A DNA stretch of 64,000 nucleotides from Vicugna vicugna (lineage: Eukaryota). The stretch is from the NCBI GenBank assembly GCA_013265495.1, contig MU058345.1:186001-250000 (forward strand), in the 5' to 3' direction. The notes beneath the pieces are model-generated. The model was not told where the DNA came from. It made no database searches and saw nothing but the letters and a program-made list of their open reading frames with translations. Numbering within the stretch: the first letter of the stretch is position 1; the number at the start of each line of letters is the position of its first letter. The position numbers and the translations under genes were made by a program. Below are positions 24,455 to 37,150 of this stretch, one piece after another.

Positions 24455-25245
24455 ATACCAACCAACTACATGGTGTTTTTCCAACACCACATCTCCAACT
24501 CTGATACCAACAAGGTGTCCCAAAATTCAATTCAGTTCTGACACTAATTACCTGGAGTTTAAGGACTCAGTCTCCCAAGATGTCCTCACTTCAGACATCA
24601 GTTGCAAGTATCAGGTCCTCTGGTTACTTCACACTTCTCTCCTACTTGGATACAAAGTCAGGGGTTCCCACACCCTCTCCCCCTTTCAGATTTGATAATT
24701 TGCCAGAATAATTTACAGAACTCAGGAAATGCTATGTTTACAATTACCGTTTATTATAAAGCTTACAAATGAACAATTAGATGAGAAGATACATAAAGCA
24801 AGACTTGGAAGGGTCCCAAGGGCAGGAGCTTCTGTCCCCATAGATTTGGGGTGTGCCACCCTCCCAGCGTGTGGGTGTGCTTGCAAACTTGAAAGTTCCC
24901 TGAACCCAGCCATTTAGGGGTTTTTATGGAGGTTTCATAACAGGCAAGATTGATAAAATTATTGGCCATTGGCGATTGGCTCAATTTCCAGTCCCTTTCC
25001 CCTCCCAGAGGTTGGAACTTCCCCAGAGGTTGGGAGTGGGGCTGAAAGTTGTAAGCTTCTTATCAAGGCTTGGTCTTTCTGGCAGCCAGCCTCCCATCTT
25101 AAAGCTATCTAGGAACTTGTCAGGCGTCACCTCATTAGAACAAGAGTCTCCCATCACTCCTGGTATCACTCAGGAAATACCAAGGGTTTAGGAACTCAGT
25201 GCCAGGAGCTGGGGACAAAAACCAAATGTCTCTCTTATGCCAAGG
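24455..25245. mobile_element. ERV LTR (MER21-like)
   Basis: aattcaattcagttctgacactaattacctggagtt...ggactcagtc...ggggttcccacaccc...ctcaggaaataccaagggtttaggaactcagtgccaggagctggggacaaaaaccaaat. Confidence 0.65.
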
Positions 25246-25354
25246 AATATAATAATAAAATTGCTATTGTTGGTGTTTAATTTGTACCAGACTTTGTATT
25301 AAGCACTTTATATATATTCACATTTTAAAATATTCACAAAAATCCTTCCACTTT

Positions 25355-25750
25355 AATAAAAAAGAAAAGACATCTACAAAAAAGAAACAGACTCACAGAC
25401 ATAGAAAACAAATTTGTGGTTACCAGGGGAGGCAGGGGGTGGGAAGGGATAAATTGGGAGGTTGAGATTTGCAGATGCTAACTACTATATATAAAATAGA
25501 TGAACAAGTTTCTACTGTAGAGCACAGGGAACTATATTCACTATCTTGTAGTAACTTATGGCTAAAAAGAATATGAAAACAAATATATGTATGTTCCTTT
25601 ATGGCTGAAGTATTGTGCTGTACACCAGAAATTGATACAACGCTATAAACTGACTATACTTCAAAAAAAATTTTTAAAAACCCAAAATAACAGCAACAAA
25701 AACAAACAAACAAAAAACCCAACTCTTTTCCAATGAAAAAAAAAAAAATC
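25355..25750 (+). mobile_element. Artiodactyl-type L1 3' end with A tail
   Basis: acagactcacagacatagaaaacaaatttgtggttaccagggg...gtacaccagaaattgatacaacgctataaactgactatacttcaaaaaaaa. Confidence 0.8.
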
Positions 25751-26119
25751 CTTCCACTTTACAGGTGGGGAAACTGAGACCCAATAAAATTAACTAAGCT
25801 TTCTCAATTATCTAGTCCTGTTTATGTTTCTGGCAGAAAAACAAAGTTAATGGCCAATTTAAATAGGAGGTTGATCTGTTTATCTTTATAAAACCAAATT
25901 TTAAAAATTGACCTTTTAGGAACTCAAAAGTCACCAACCTGAAAACGTTTGTATAATTCAACTGGACATTTTGTGTCCTGATCACTAGCCAGGTCCTCTC
26001 CCTCACCCATACTCTTATTCATTATGTTGCTGTCAAGCAGTAACTGTGACTGGCGTGACATGCTATTGCAAACACATATCATACGGGTTGTCATATCCAT
26101 TTTAACCATGTGTTTAATT

Positions 26120-28640
26120 ATCTTGACCTAAAACCATAGATCTCCAGATGTTTCTCTGGTAAAGATGGGTTTATTCAGGATCAGACGTGAATTGCAGTTT
26201 GGGGTTTGCAACCCACGTGCAAATGCCCCATGGCAGAGAAAGGGAATGCTTTTATAGAGGGGAAAAGGAAGTTGGGGGGAGGCTAAAGTAAACAAAGAGT
26301 CCATGGCTTTTCATTGGGTGAGTCCTTTTGTCAGGAAAGAAGATGGATCTTTCCTCTTCCTGTTGAGCTCTGCTGTCCTTGCAGAACTTGAGACCTCCCC
26401 ATCCAGATCTCTTGTCTCTATTTAATTAAAGTTTCTGTTTGTTAATTTTTCACATTTACTTAATGCTGTGAACCTAAATAAGCCTAGGAAGCAATCATCA
26501 AGGACAGCACATTTATTTAGGAACAAAGAATTGCAATTCAGGGTGCAGAGATTCGGGCAGCAACCCAAACTGTCCTGCAAGGGAGTAAGTCAGAGGGTTT
26601 TAAAAGCAAAGAAGGGAAGTGTGCATTACAAAGAATTTTAATTGGAGTTGGAGGCAGAAGCTAGTCTTGGCTAAACATGATGGATCGCCAAGACTGTCAC
26701 AGGCGGGAGGTAAAAGTTCATTTCTGTGGCAGGTTGCAGGGGTTCTTGCAGAGAGTCCTTTGAATATGTGTGGTTTGGCCCAGTTCAAAAGTTCATGGTT
26801 CCTTCCTGCTGGTGAGAATGTGCTTAAGGTCCCCTCCCCTAATGGCCTCCTGGCTTCTGTTTAGTCTTTTGACATATGTGGCTCCATCTTATTTCACATT
26901 TCACAAAGTGACAGCTTTTATTTTCAGCATTTTAACTATTATTTACAGTTAATCAAGGGAAAAAAATCTCACATTTCATTCAGTAAGTTTATTTGACAGA
27001 CAGCTTATTGACTGCTCAAGACATGCTTTGTAATGTTCTGCGTGTTGAGTGGACAAGAGTGAACACAGCAAAATTCCTAACCTCAAGTTGTGGACATTCT
27101 CATGCAGAGTGACAGAAAAGTAAATATGGACTATGACATCAGGTAGTTAAAGATATTCGGAAGAAAATGAAGCAGTGTAGGGAGACAGACAGTGGCAGGG
27201 AGGAGGGGTGCTCCCTGTAATGTGGTGTTAATAATTGCTAATATTTGGATGTTAAAAAAAAGAAACCATAGACCCCAAGTGAAGTCATTTGTCCCCACAA
27301 CAGCAAAGCAAGATTTAACTACCTCTCTCAGGAATGTTATCTTTAAACGGACAATCTGAAATTTCCTGATCAGCATGAGTGAATGTGAACAAAGAGGAGC
27401 CAAGAGTGTTGTTGCCCACCACCAGCTCTAAAGAATTAAGTCATAACCCGCTGCTGTCGCTGACCAACAGTGCACTTTGAGAGGAAATTAAGATGATACG
27501 GGATGTGTACTTTGGACAAGCAGGCTCCTTAGATAGTTAGATGTAAAGCTCAGGATCAATTTGAACGAATCCAGATGCTTGCACCTCCCATATGATGAAA
27601 TACAATTTGTATTTTCAGGCAGGACAAGAAAATTTAAATGTAAAATCCTCTGTGTCCTTTGGGTCACCTCCCTCCCTCCCTAATGTGCAGTGTGTGTCTG
27701 CATTACACGTTAGCTGGACCTCTTCAAAGATGAGAGAGCGTGCTCAACTGTAAGGATCCATTTTTTTCTTTCTTTCTTCTGATGCTAGCAATGTAAGTTC
27801 TTCAAAGAATGGCATTCTTTCCCAACTCTTCAGGGGGTCATGGTGACTTGCTGCTTGCCTTGTATGCACTTACCTGGACTTTATATCTCTGCTGAACTGT
27901 ATGTAAAATATCACTGTGTCAATTTGATGTAAAATTCTTTGCCTCAAAAGTGTGTCTGACTGTGCCTTCAACTTCTAACAGGTGAGACAGTTCTCAGAGC
28001 TTCTGAGAGTCTGTCTCCCAGGTTACAATCCTCAGTTTGGCTCAAGTAAAATTCCCTTCTTTCTTCTTGATTGTTAATTGAATTTTCTTTGATACATACA
28101 CAGAAAAGCTCTAAAATCATCAATTTGAGATATCTGATCTTTGTGACTAGTCATAATCTGTTACCGAGATGTATTTTTGACTAGACATATTCCCTAGTCA
28201 GAAATCATATGTATTTATCTCCTCCCCTACCTCTTTGGAGCAGTTTCCTCAGAGCTACTGAGCTATCTCCCAGGTTATATTTTATTCTGGAAAGACCCTG
28301 AATAAAACTGAAACTCACAACTGTCATGTTACGCATATTTCTTTAAGTCAGCATGAGGTAATCTGCATAAGACCCCTGACCTTCCCTAACCTCCTGAAGA
28401 GGACGACTGTCTTTTCTTTCGCTAATAACTTTCTTGCCCCTATTTTTTCTGCCTATAGAAACCTGCCATTTTTGCAGCACAACTCCTTGGAATGCATTTC
28501 TGTTTACTGGTGGGATGCTGCGTGATTCACGAACCATTGAATAAAGCTAATTAGATCTTCAAATTTACTCAGAGATATATCTATATCTATATCTATATCT
28601 ATATCTATATCTATATCTTTATCTATATTTTTTGAACAGG
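26120..28640. mobile_element. Cluster of stacked/nested ERV solo LTRs
   Basis: Several TG...CA-bounded blocks. Minus-strand LTR-like blocks at about 26120-26453 and 26467-26898. Plus-strand LTR 3' ends with poly(A) signals at about 28045 (AGTAAA), 28301 and 28540. Confidence 0.55.
28575..28628. repeat. (TATATC)n microsatellite
   Basis: atatatctatatctatatctatatct... about 8 units. Confidence 0.9.
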
Positions 28641-29152
28641 GGGATCAGTGTTACAGGCAGAGGGCAACACAGTGCAAAGGTCCTGGGGTGAGAATTTGAT
28701 TGGTGGTTTTTCAGGAACAGTCAAAAGGCCCATGTGTGGCTATTGCCAAGTGAGGGAGGAGAAAAGGGGCAGGAAATGGAGCCAGAGAGGTAATGATAGG
28801 GAATCAGATCCTTCAGGCCCTTGCAAACCATGATCCAGGCTTTTTATTTCACTCTGAATGAAATTAGAGCCATTGGAGCATGCTGAGCAGATGAGTAATG
28901 TGATCTGACATACTTTAAAAGGCTCTCTCTGGCTAACTTAAGAACTTTAGGATGCAAAGTTGAGGCAGAGAGACCAGTGAAGAGGCTATTGCAACAGTCC
29001 TAGTGAAAAAAAAATGGTGATATGGACCAGGGTAGTTGTAATGGAGGTGGTGAGAAGTGGCAGGGTGTGAAATATATTTTAAAGGTGGAGTTGATGGATT
29101 TCTTGAGGGGCTGGAAAAAAGAAAGGAGTAAAAGGATAATTCTAAGGGTTTT

Positions 29153-29157
29153 TGTGT

Positions 29158-29197
<40 letters not shown>
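29153..29197. repeat. (TG)n microsatellite
   Basis: About 22 TG units with one interruption. Confidence 0.95.
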
Positions 29198-29200
<3 letters not shown>

Positions 29201-30162
29201 GCCTGCGCAACTTTATGAACCACATTGCCACTGATTACAAAGATGAGAAAACTGGTATAGGATGGGTCTGGGGAGAGGGCAAGAATCAGGACCTTGCCTT
29301 GGGCAGGTTAGGTACTTTTGTCAAGCTGATGATAATGCACCAAATACGTGCACCATCGTGATCAATCCCAGCATCACAACTCTGTGCGGAGGCTTCACTG
29401 CCCCTGCTTTCCAGATCAGGAAATCGGGATTCAGGGAAGTTAAGTCTTGTCCAAGGTGGCACAGCTGTTACAAGTTAGATTTGGCGTTGAGACGAGGATT
29501 TCCTGTGTGGTCTGATATGTTCTCTTAAGCTGTCATATTTGCCTCAGCTTCTCACACTTTGCAACACAACAATAAAGCAAAACAACCACACGACAGACAG
29601 TCCTGGCGCTCATGACCTGAATCCCAGACTTTAGCCCGTCCCACACGTCCCAATTTGCTTTTGAGTCTGCTCTCTTTCTCACCTTGTGTTTCGTCCCTTC
29701 TTGCCCCTCTGACCTGATTTCTGGGCAGCACTTTTCAGATAATAATTTTTTACCTCATCATAGCTTCTTATAGACTGTGTTCCTTCTGAATCCACTGCAG
29801 CTCTTTGATTGGTAACTGGAAATTTTGAAACACAAACTTAATGCCCTTTTTAGTATGGAATACATGTCTCCATTTTCACAATTTGCATGTATAATGCAAC
29901 TCTGGGTTTTTAAATATTTATAGGTAGCTTTGGAAAAAGCAAAAATAAAAGGTTAATTTTTTTTATACATATTTTGTCCTAGATCCATTTTGCTGGGTTT
30001 GTGCTTTGTATGGGAATGTTAACTTTGTTGTGATCATTTTAACTTCCCCTAAACTTAACCACATTAGGAAGCTTAAAATATCAGGCAGTTACCAAACAAT
30101 TATATTAGGTGGTAATTCTCCACTTTTCCAAAGTGGATGAATCACTAGGTTCCTTTGTACAA

Positions 30163-30395
30163 TTTTTATTTTATTTTTTATTGAAGTGCAGTTGATTTAC
30201 AATGTTAGTTTCAGGTATACAGCAAAGCATTTCAGCTATATATATACACATTTATTTTCAGATTCTTTTCCATCATAGCTTATTATAAGAAGTTGAATAT
30301 AGTCCCCTGTGCTGTACAGTAGGTCCTTGTTGTTTATCTCTTTTATATATAATAGTGTGTATCTGTTAATCTCAAACTCCTAACTTATCCCTGTC
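30163..30395 (-). mobile_element. Artiodactyl-type L1 3' end
   Basis: T-rich tail then ttgaagtgcagttgatttacaatgttagtttcaggtatacagcaaagc...ccctgtgctgtacagtaggtccttgttg. Confidence 0.8.
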
Positions 30396-31099
30396 CTCCT
30401 CTTTTATACAATTTTTTCCTCTAAATATGAGTGTTTGCTTCCAGATCATTAGCAACTCGGTAGAGAAACTATATAAGGCATTATAACCTAAAGAGAAAAT
30501 GAAACTTTTCAACTCAAGGTCAATGTGAAAGTCCCACCATCTTGAAATAGCAACATCAGACAAAGTGAAACTAACACTTAATATTCATTAATTTACTTTT
30601 CACTAAGCTGTCTGGAAATATACTTTTTGGTCAATGAGGTACATTTGTTTTTAAATAACAAATAGTAATTGCATTCAACTATTTTTTTTTAAACCAGTAA
30701 TGCCAGACATTGTTTTGAGTGCTGGGATGTGTAGCAGTGAGCAAAACTGATAAAAAAAAAAATCTGCCCTCGTGGAACTTAATTTCTAATGAGGAGAGAT
30801 GTGTTCAGTGAAAAGGTCTAGCGTCAAGAGTGAGGCTTGTCTGACTGTTGTTGGGATTCCATGGTGGAGAGTTTAAAGACAAGGTGAAAGACAGGGAGGG
30901 AGTTAAAATGAGAGTTCTGGGGGTGAGACAGGATGTCAAGTTGGAGGGGAGCCAGCCTCTAGGGGTGGGGAGAGGAAGAACTTAGTGTAAAGGCTTTGTC
31001 TAGTGGGAAATAGAACTTAAGGTCTGCTCAGTGATCTTTGAGTATTTGTTGAACTGAAAAAAATGATCTGATTCTCTATGTCCAGATAACTTGTTTTAT

Positions 31100-32200
31100 G
31101 CAGATTTTTGTTTTGTTAAAGACTTAAATAGAATTGTCTATCAAAGGCTGCTGAAACATTGAATCAGAAATATTGAGAGCTAGATATGGCACGGGGGGGG
31201 GAGGTGTTTAGAGACAGCAAATATAGAGTGTGGATAGATGCACACTTTTCTGGACGGAGAAGAATGGCCTTCGAGTTCTCCTAGTGGCAGAAGAACACAA
31301 GATTTTCAGACTATGACCTTCCTCCTCTGACGGAGGTTGCAAAAGATGCGGTGGGGAAGCCATGACACGGGAGGCATTGGTGTCATGTCAGCTCTTCATC
31401 AATAATCTTGTCGGGTTCCCGAGTTCATAGATTACACAAACTGTCCAGTGTTCAGCTGACAAAGTAAGGGCTTCCAAACAGAAGGAAAACCTTGCAAAAA
31501 GTTTATAGGTTACACAGTGGGAAATGAGCCATTAAGTGGAGAAACATAAAGGTGGCACACTTAGGAAGAAAAGAATGCAAACCATTGTTAATACCAGACA
31601 TCTCAAAAATGACACTTGAGGTTTTACTAAGAAAATTTAAATAGAAAACTCTACATTAAAAGCAGAAACTTCCCAAGCTAGTGACACACAGACAAGATGA
31701 CAGCTATGCAATAGCCATATACAGGTTCAGGGTCGGGAGTGATGCAGAGGTTCACGGGTTACCTTCTTCAAAATGACCAGTCACATAGCAGGGAAAGCGA
31801 TAGATCTCGGATTCATCAGAGCTGATTTTCTGAAGATACTTAATTTTCTGCTGCTGCAGCTGAAACAATGTCAGGAACCATTAGGAATACCACGCCTTGG
31901 AAGTGAAACAATAAACCGAGGTCTATTCTTGGGCAAACTCACGCTTAGCCAGATCAGGGGTGGGAGAGCCAGGGAGAGAGGGGCAGCAGGATCTGGGTGA
32001 GAGAGTGGGTAATTCCAAGAAAGGGGAAGGAAACTAGGTATATTTGTTTGGGGAACTAAATAAAGGAAACTGACCTCATGAGAACAGATGAAAAACTTTC
32101 TACATTCCTAGCCTCTGAAGAAGAATATTATGAAAGATTGGGATTCAAGCTATTAATGTATAAAACCAAGAACAATATGGGCCAAGTCTGAAATACTTTT
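31100..32200 (+). mobile_element. Ancient CR1/L3-like LINE reverse-transcriptase relic
   Basis: Ordered degenerate motifs: ctcttcatcaataatcttg (FINDL-like), aaggtggcacacttaggaagaaa (KVxHLGRK), gcagggaaagcg...ctcggattcatcaga (A-KA...LG-IR). Confidence 0.4.
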
Positions 32201-33354
32201 AAAGGAAATTGAGAAAGGAAAAGGAGACAAAAGGAGGCACTGCTACTTTCAATTGGGAAGAGTCAATATAGGGAGTAGAGAGCCGTGGGAGACTTTGTAG
32301 AAAACCTGGGCTTTTTTCTCAGGCTGATGGGACAGGCTGATGTCACAGGCTGATGTCCCCTTTCCTTTCATGGCCCCAGGCTGCAGCCCCCCAGCCTACT
32401 TTTTGTGCTTATGAGTTGCCTCTGATTGCCGTATCCTTTGACCTTCCCTCCCAGGAAGCCTGGCTACCCAAATGGGTGAGATTAATGCAATTTCTTCTTT
32501 CCTTTCCACTCCCAAAGACAAGAACAGTGAACCCTCTATTTTTCTATCCCCATGAATTTACTCCTAATCGCTGTGTGGATATATGGGAAAGTTCCAAAGA
32601 AGCCAGAATCTTACAAAGATCGTGCAGTCATGGCTTCTGTGCTGTGGTATTTTATTCCCTTATGGCAAGGTATAGGTGTAGGGCAAACTGGTACAGGCAA
32701 TGGGGGTGATACCTAATTTACCTAATTTGTAGGACTGTCGTAAGAATCCAGATGAAAAATGCATGTGAAGGGCTTAGTATAATCCTGGCATGTGAAAACT
32801 GCCCAGTAACTATAAACAATTACAGTTAATACAGTAAAAAGAGACCAGTTTACTTCCCCAAATCTTCCAGCTCACTTGCCCAGTTTCCCACCCCAAAACA
32901 GACCCTTAGTGACAGGACTATTACTCCCTTATGGCCCCTTCTCTCAACAGCCAGGCTTTTACTGCAGGTGCCTTTCAAACTTTTGCCTGGGATTCACACT
33001 AAACAACACGTTTTCCGTCTTGACCTCGTACATACAATTGTTTCACAAAACAATATTTACCCTTTTTATTTGTGAGTCACTCTGATGGTTTCCGTCCTGC
33101 GTATCCCAGTCTATGTTTCATTCAAACAGAAATACTTGTAGTGACATAATGAAATTAATGGCACAGCTTTTCATGAGCCTGTCATTCTAGTTTGCAAAAC
33201 ACTGTTTTGGAGGAAATCTGGGCAGAACAATTATTTGCATCCTGAAGACTTTCAGGCTGAGTGAGAACCATGTGACTAGATCTCTGGCCTACAAAAGCAA
33301 CTGAGTCACCTGAGCAACTCCTTTCACGTTACCACTGAAAACAAAATAGATGTA

Positions 33355-34340
33355 CGTACCAAGTAGAATGGCCAAAATGTGGAACACTGGTAAGGCCAAA
33401 TGCTGGTGAGAATGTGGATCAGCAGATTTGCTCACGCATTACTGATGGGAATGAAAAATGGAACAGCTGCTTTGGAGGACAGTGTGTAGGTTTCTTTCAA
33501 GATTAAATATACTCGTACCATATGACCCAGCAGTTGTGCTCCCTGGAATTTACCCAAAGGAGCTTAAAATTGATTGTCATACAAAACTCTTTACATGGAT
33601 CATTATGGCAGTTTTATTTGTAATTGTCAGAACTTCAAAGCAATCAAGATGTCCTTAGGTGGTGAATGGGTATGTAAACTTTGGTTCATCCAGACAGTGG
33701 AATATTATACGGCACCAAAATGACCTACCAAGTCATGAAAACACATGGAGGAACCTCAAGTGCATGTTACTAAGTGAAAGAAGCCAACCTGAAGAGGTTA
33801 CATGCTATGTGATTCCAACTATATGACATTCTGGAAAAGGCAAAACTGTGGAGATATTAAAAAGATCAGTGGTTACCAGGGGCTGGAGGTGGGGAAAGCA
33901 GTGAATAGTCAAAGCACAGAAGATGTTTAGGGCAGTGAAAATACTCTATGATAACATAATGATGGATGCATGTCATTATATATTCGTCCAAACCCACAGA
34001 ATGTACACCACCAAGAGGGAACCCTAAGGTAAACTATGAACTTTCAATGATAATAATGTGTCAAAGTAGGTTCACCAATTGTAAGAAATGTACCAATCTG
34101 ATGAGGGATGTTGATAATGGCTATGTATATATGTTGGGGGAGAGGGTGTATGGGAAATCTATAACTGTCTTTCGATTTGACTGTGAAGGTAAAACTACTC
34201 TGGAGGTGGAGCATATAGCTCAGTAGTAGAGAACCTGCTTAGCACACGAGGTCCTGGGTTCAATCCCCAGTACCTCCATTAAAAAAAAAAAAGATTAAAA
34301 GATAAAACTACTCTAAAAGAATAAAGTATTAAAACACGAA
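33355..34340 (+). mobile_element. L1 (L1MB/MC-type) 3' part with degenerate ORF2 C-terminus
   Basis: ORF 33458-33658 translates LWRTVCRFL..LNILVPYDPAVVLPGIYPKE..KQSRCP (L1 ORF2 end), followed by L1 3'UTR (tgattccaactatatgacattctggaaaaggcaaaac). Confidence 0.85.
34202..34302 (+). mobile_element. tRNA-derived SINE nested in the L1 3' end
   Basis: A box tagctcagtag, B box ggttcaatcc, A tail. TSD taaaactactct at 34190-34201 and 34303-34314. Confidence 0.9.
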
Positions 34341-36859
34341 AACAAAACAAAAAACAAAGTATGTTCAGTTAAATTCACAGTTGGCATATGTTAAAAATAG
34401 AAACTTGATCAAAAAACATGTACTGAGCACCTGTGATGTGTCTGACCCTGTGGCTGGCTTTGGGAATACTGAGATAAACGGGAAATCCCCTTCCTCCAGG
34501 AACTCAGGTGGAACTGAGTGGAACTCAGCCTAGGTGGGAAGACTGCTAAGTGGACAGTGGTTCCGTGATAAGAACTATAATAAAGGTAAGCACACGGGTC
34601 TGCAGGGAAAACAGAACCGCCACTAGCTGAGACTGGGTGGTGAGGGGTGCTGGTGAGAGGCATTTCTGGGTGAAACGGCATCAGAATTGATGGATGAGTT
34701 GGAATTTGCCTGGAGATGGGACTGGGTAGGTTGGGGAAGGGAAAGTGTTACTAAAAGAAGTTGGATTAAATTCAACTAAAAGATAACAATTATCTACTAT
34801 GTGCCACACAATTTAAACACATTATCTAATCGCCTACAGAAGCCTCATAGAGGATTCTCATTTCCTAAATAAACTCGTGGGCCTCAGAGAGGTTAAATGA
34901 CTTCCCCTAAAGTGAGGAAGCTGGATTTGAACTTCTCTTTTTAGACTCTCTTAATCCTCTGTGACTCTACATTTAAAAGTGATATAGGGAAAGCTAATCA
35001 GATCTTCCTGCCCAATTTCTCTTAGTGTCATTATGAAAAATAAAACTCTGGAATAAAAAGTACATTATTGCGTGCAGGGAAAGCTGGCCTTCCTCTGAGC
35101 ACTCCAAACCGTTCTGCTTCACGCATAGCACTGGATAGGGACAAAGGAGCTGGAGCCTTCCCTCCCTTTCCCTGCTCTGGGGGGAGACTGAACTCTTGAG
35201 TAGTTAAGAACCTGGCTCTGGGCTCAAATCTCATCTCTGCCCCCCTCAAACTGCATAACCTTCAAGTTACTTTACATTTTTAACTCTTGGTTTTCTCATC
35301 TGTACCATCTTGTTAATCAGGGTACCTAATTTATCAGGCTGCTGTGAGATTCCAAACAGAAAAATAGTGTAGGGCTGGCATGTAGAAACTGCTCAAGAAA
35401 AGTTGCACTTTAAGCATTATGCTAAGGAGAGGCAAGTTCACTTCCCTAAACTCAAGTTTCACTCATCGCTTTGAACCTTGGTTGACATGTCATCTTCCCT
35501 AAAGCCCGTGGGTGAAACAGAAACTAACCAAAGGGGTCACGGCCAGGGCAGTCATGGTGGATACCCAATTTTTATGCCCTGGATGGTGCTTTGAATTCCT
35601 AGGATACTACAGACACATTTAGATTTGCAGTGTGGGCGAGTTCCCCACGGGCCTGAAGCAGAAGGGAAGGCTGGGATAACGGAGTGAGGAAGAGGAGGGG
35701 AGGAGAAAGCAGGAAAGGCAAGGAGGAAGGAGATGATTTGGCTGGATGTGGGTATAGATGTTGGGCAGCCAGGAAGAGAAAGAGGGTGAAGGATGAGAGA
35801 GGTAGAGGGAGAGGGGGAGGAGGAGGGAGAGAGATAGGGGAAGAAGGAAACAAGAGTAATGAAAGATTCAAGAGATATGGCAACATAAGGTATAAGAAAT
35901 AAACTCTGGCAGATGTAGCTATGTGTCTGTTACATGTTTACTCTTCAAAGGCATCAGCTTTGAAAATTGTGAGTCACAGAGGGACCATCACAAAAGGGTT
36001 GGTGTCCTTTTCTCTCTTGAAGTCAAGTTGGGGATTGGGAGACAGCAGCCATGAAGATGTCTTGTCCTCCATCTTTTGGTTACTCTATGAACCTTGCTCC
36101 ATTTCACTGGTGGTTAATGTCTCCCTGATACATCTAAGCTATAAGCTTAGATAACCAGGCTACTTGAATCACAGACAATGAAAGGTGAGCCCACAGGATT
36201 AGAATTTTGTCACAAAAGCAAAGAATCTTTGAATTACAAGACCCCACTCCTTGCAGTAATCCCTTCAGCATATTCGGTATACTTGGCAGATGGCCATCCA
36301 GGTCCAGTAGGGGCATCTTTATTGGCAGAGTTATTTGAAAAAAAATAATCAGACCATCCTTATTGGATAACTTTAACAGCTGTAAATTTTGTTCACTCTT
36401 GTGCTGAGCTCCATTTTGTAGTTTGGTAACTTTCACACACTAGACCTAATGCCACCAGCCAAAGCAAATGAGAAATGAGTGAGTTCCCATTTCTTTAAGA
36501 AAGATCTTTAAACACTGGCTGGACATCCACAGTCTCTTAAATTGTTCTTCATTTGATGATTTCAGGCCCTTCCCCATTTTGAATGACCTCTTCTGGACAA
36601 GATGCGATTGTAAATGTTCCTCTCCCACCATGGTGCTCAGATCAATTAATTAAACATCATAGTGCGCAATTTCTGGTAACAAGGCAGAGCAAGGCAGTAG
36701 AGACTGCCCACTCCTCTAAACACCCACTTCAAAGATTTGTAAATGTTGAGTGAAATGTAACCTAAAGATTCTAAACAACACAGTCCAGCTCAAGCCTGCC
36801 TATAACAAAGAGAAGCGTTCAATCTATCATAGTAAGAGTGAGGTGACAGAGTGGCAGTC

Positions 36860-37150
36860 CTTAGCGCCCAAACTCTTGCATCTTCCCATCCATAGAAAAG
36901 CACGAAAGTCATTAACCAGAGATGTCTGTTTTTTGGGATTAGCTGCAATCTTTTGATGTTTGACCACATGGTTGCGTTTTTTTGTTTGTTTGTGTGTTTT
37001 GAGCAAAAACTCCTATATAGTCTGCCTTCTTACCCCTTTGAAGCAACTCCTCAAAGCTATTTGAAATGCTGTCTCCTAGGCTATTGCCTTCAATAAGGTC
37101 CCTGAATAAAATGTGCAACTTTTAGATTGTGCATTTTCCTTCAGTCGACA
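36860..37150 (+). mobile_element. ERV LTR 3' portion
   Basis: TATA-like cctatatag, AATAAA near 37105, ends ttcagtcgaca. The same terminus appears reverse-complemented at 58963. Confidence 0.55.

Noticed and set aside
35599..35902. Opposing ORFs in a purine-rich tract
   Set aside because: GA-rich low-complexity sequence produces spurious R/G/E and L/P/S ORFs.
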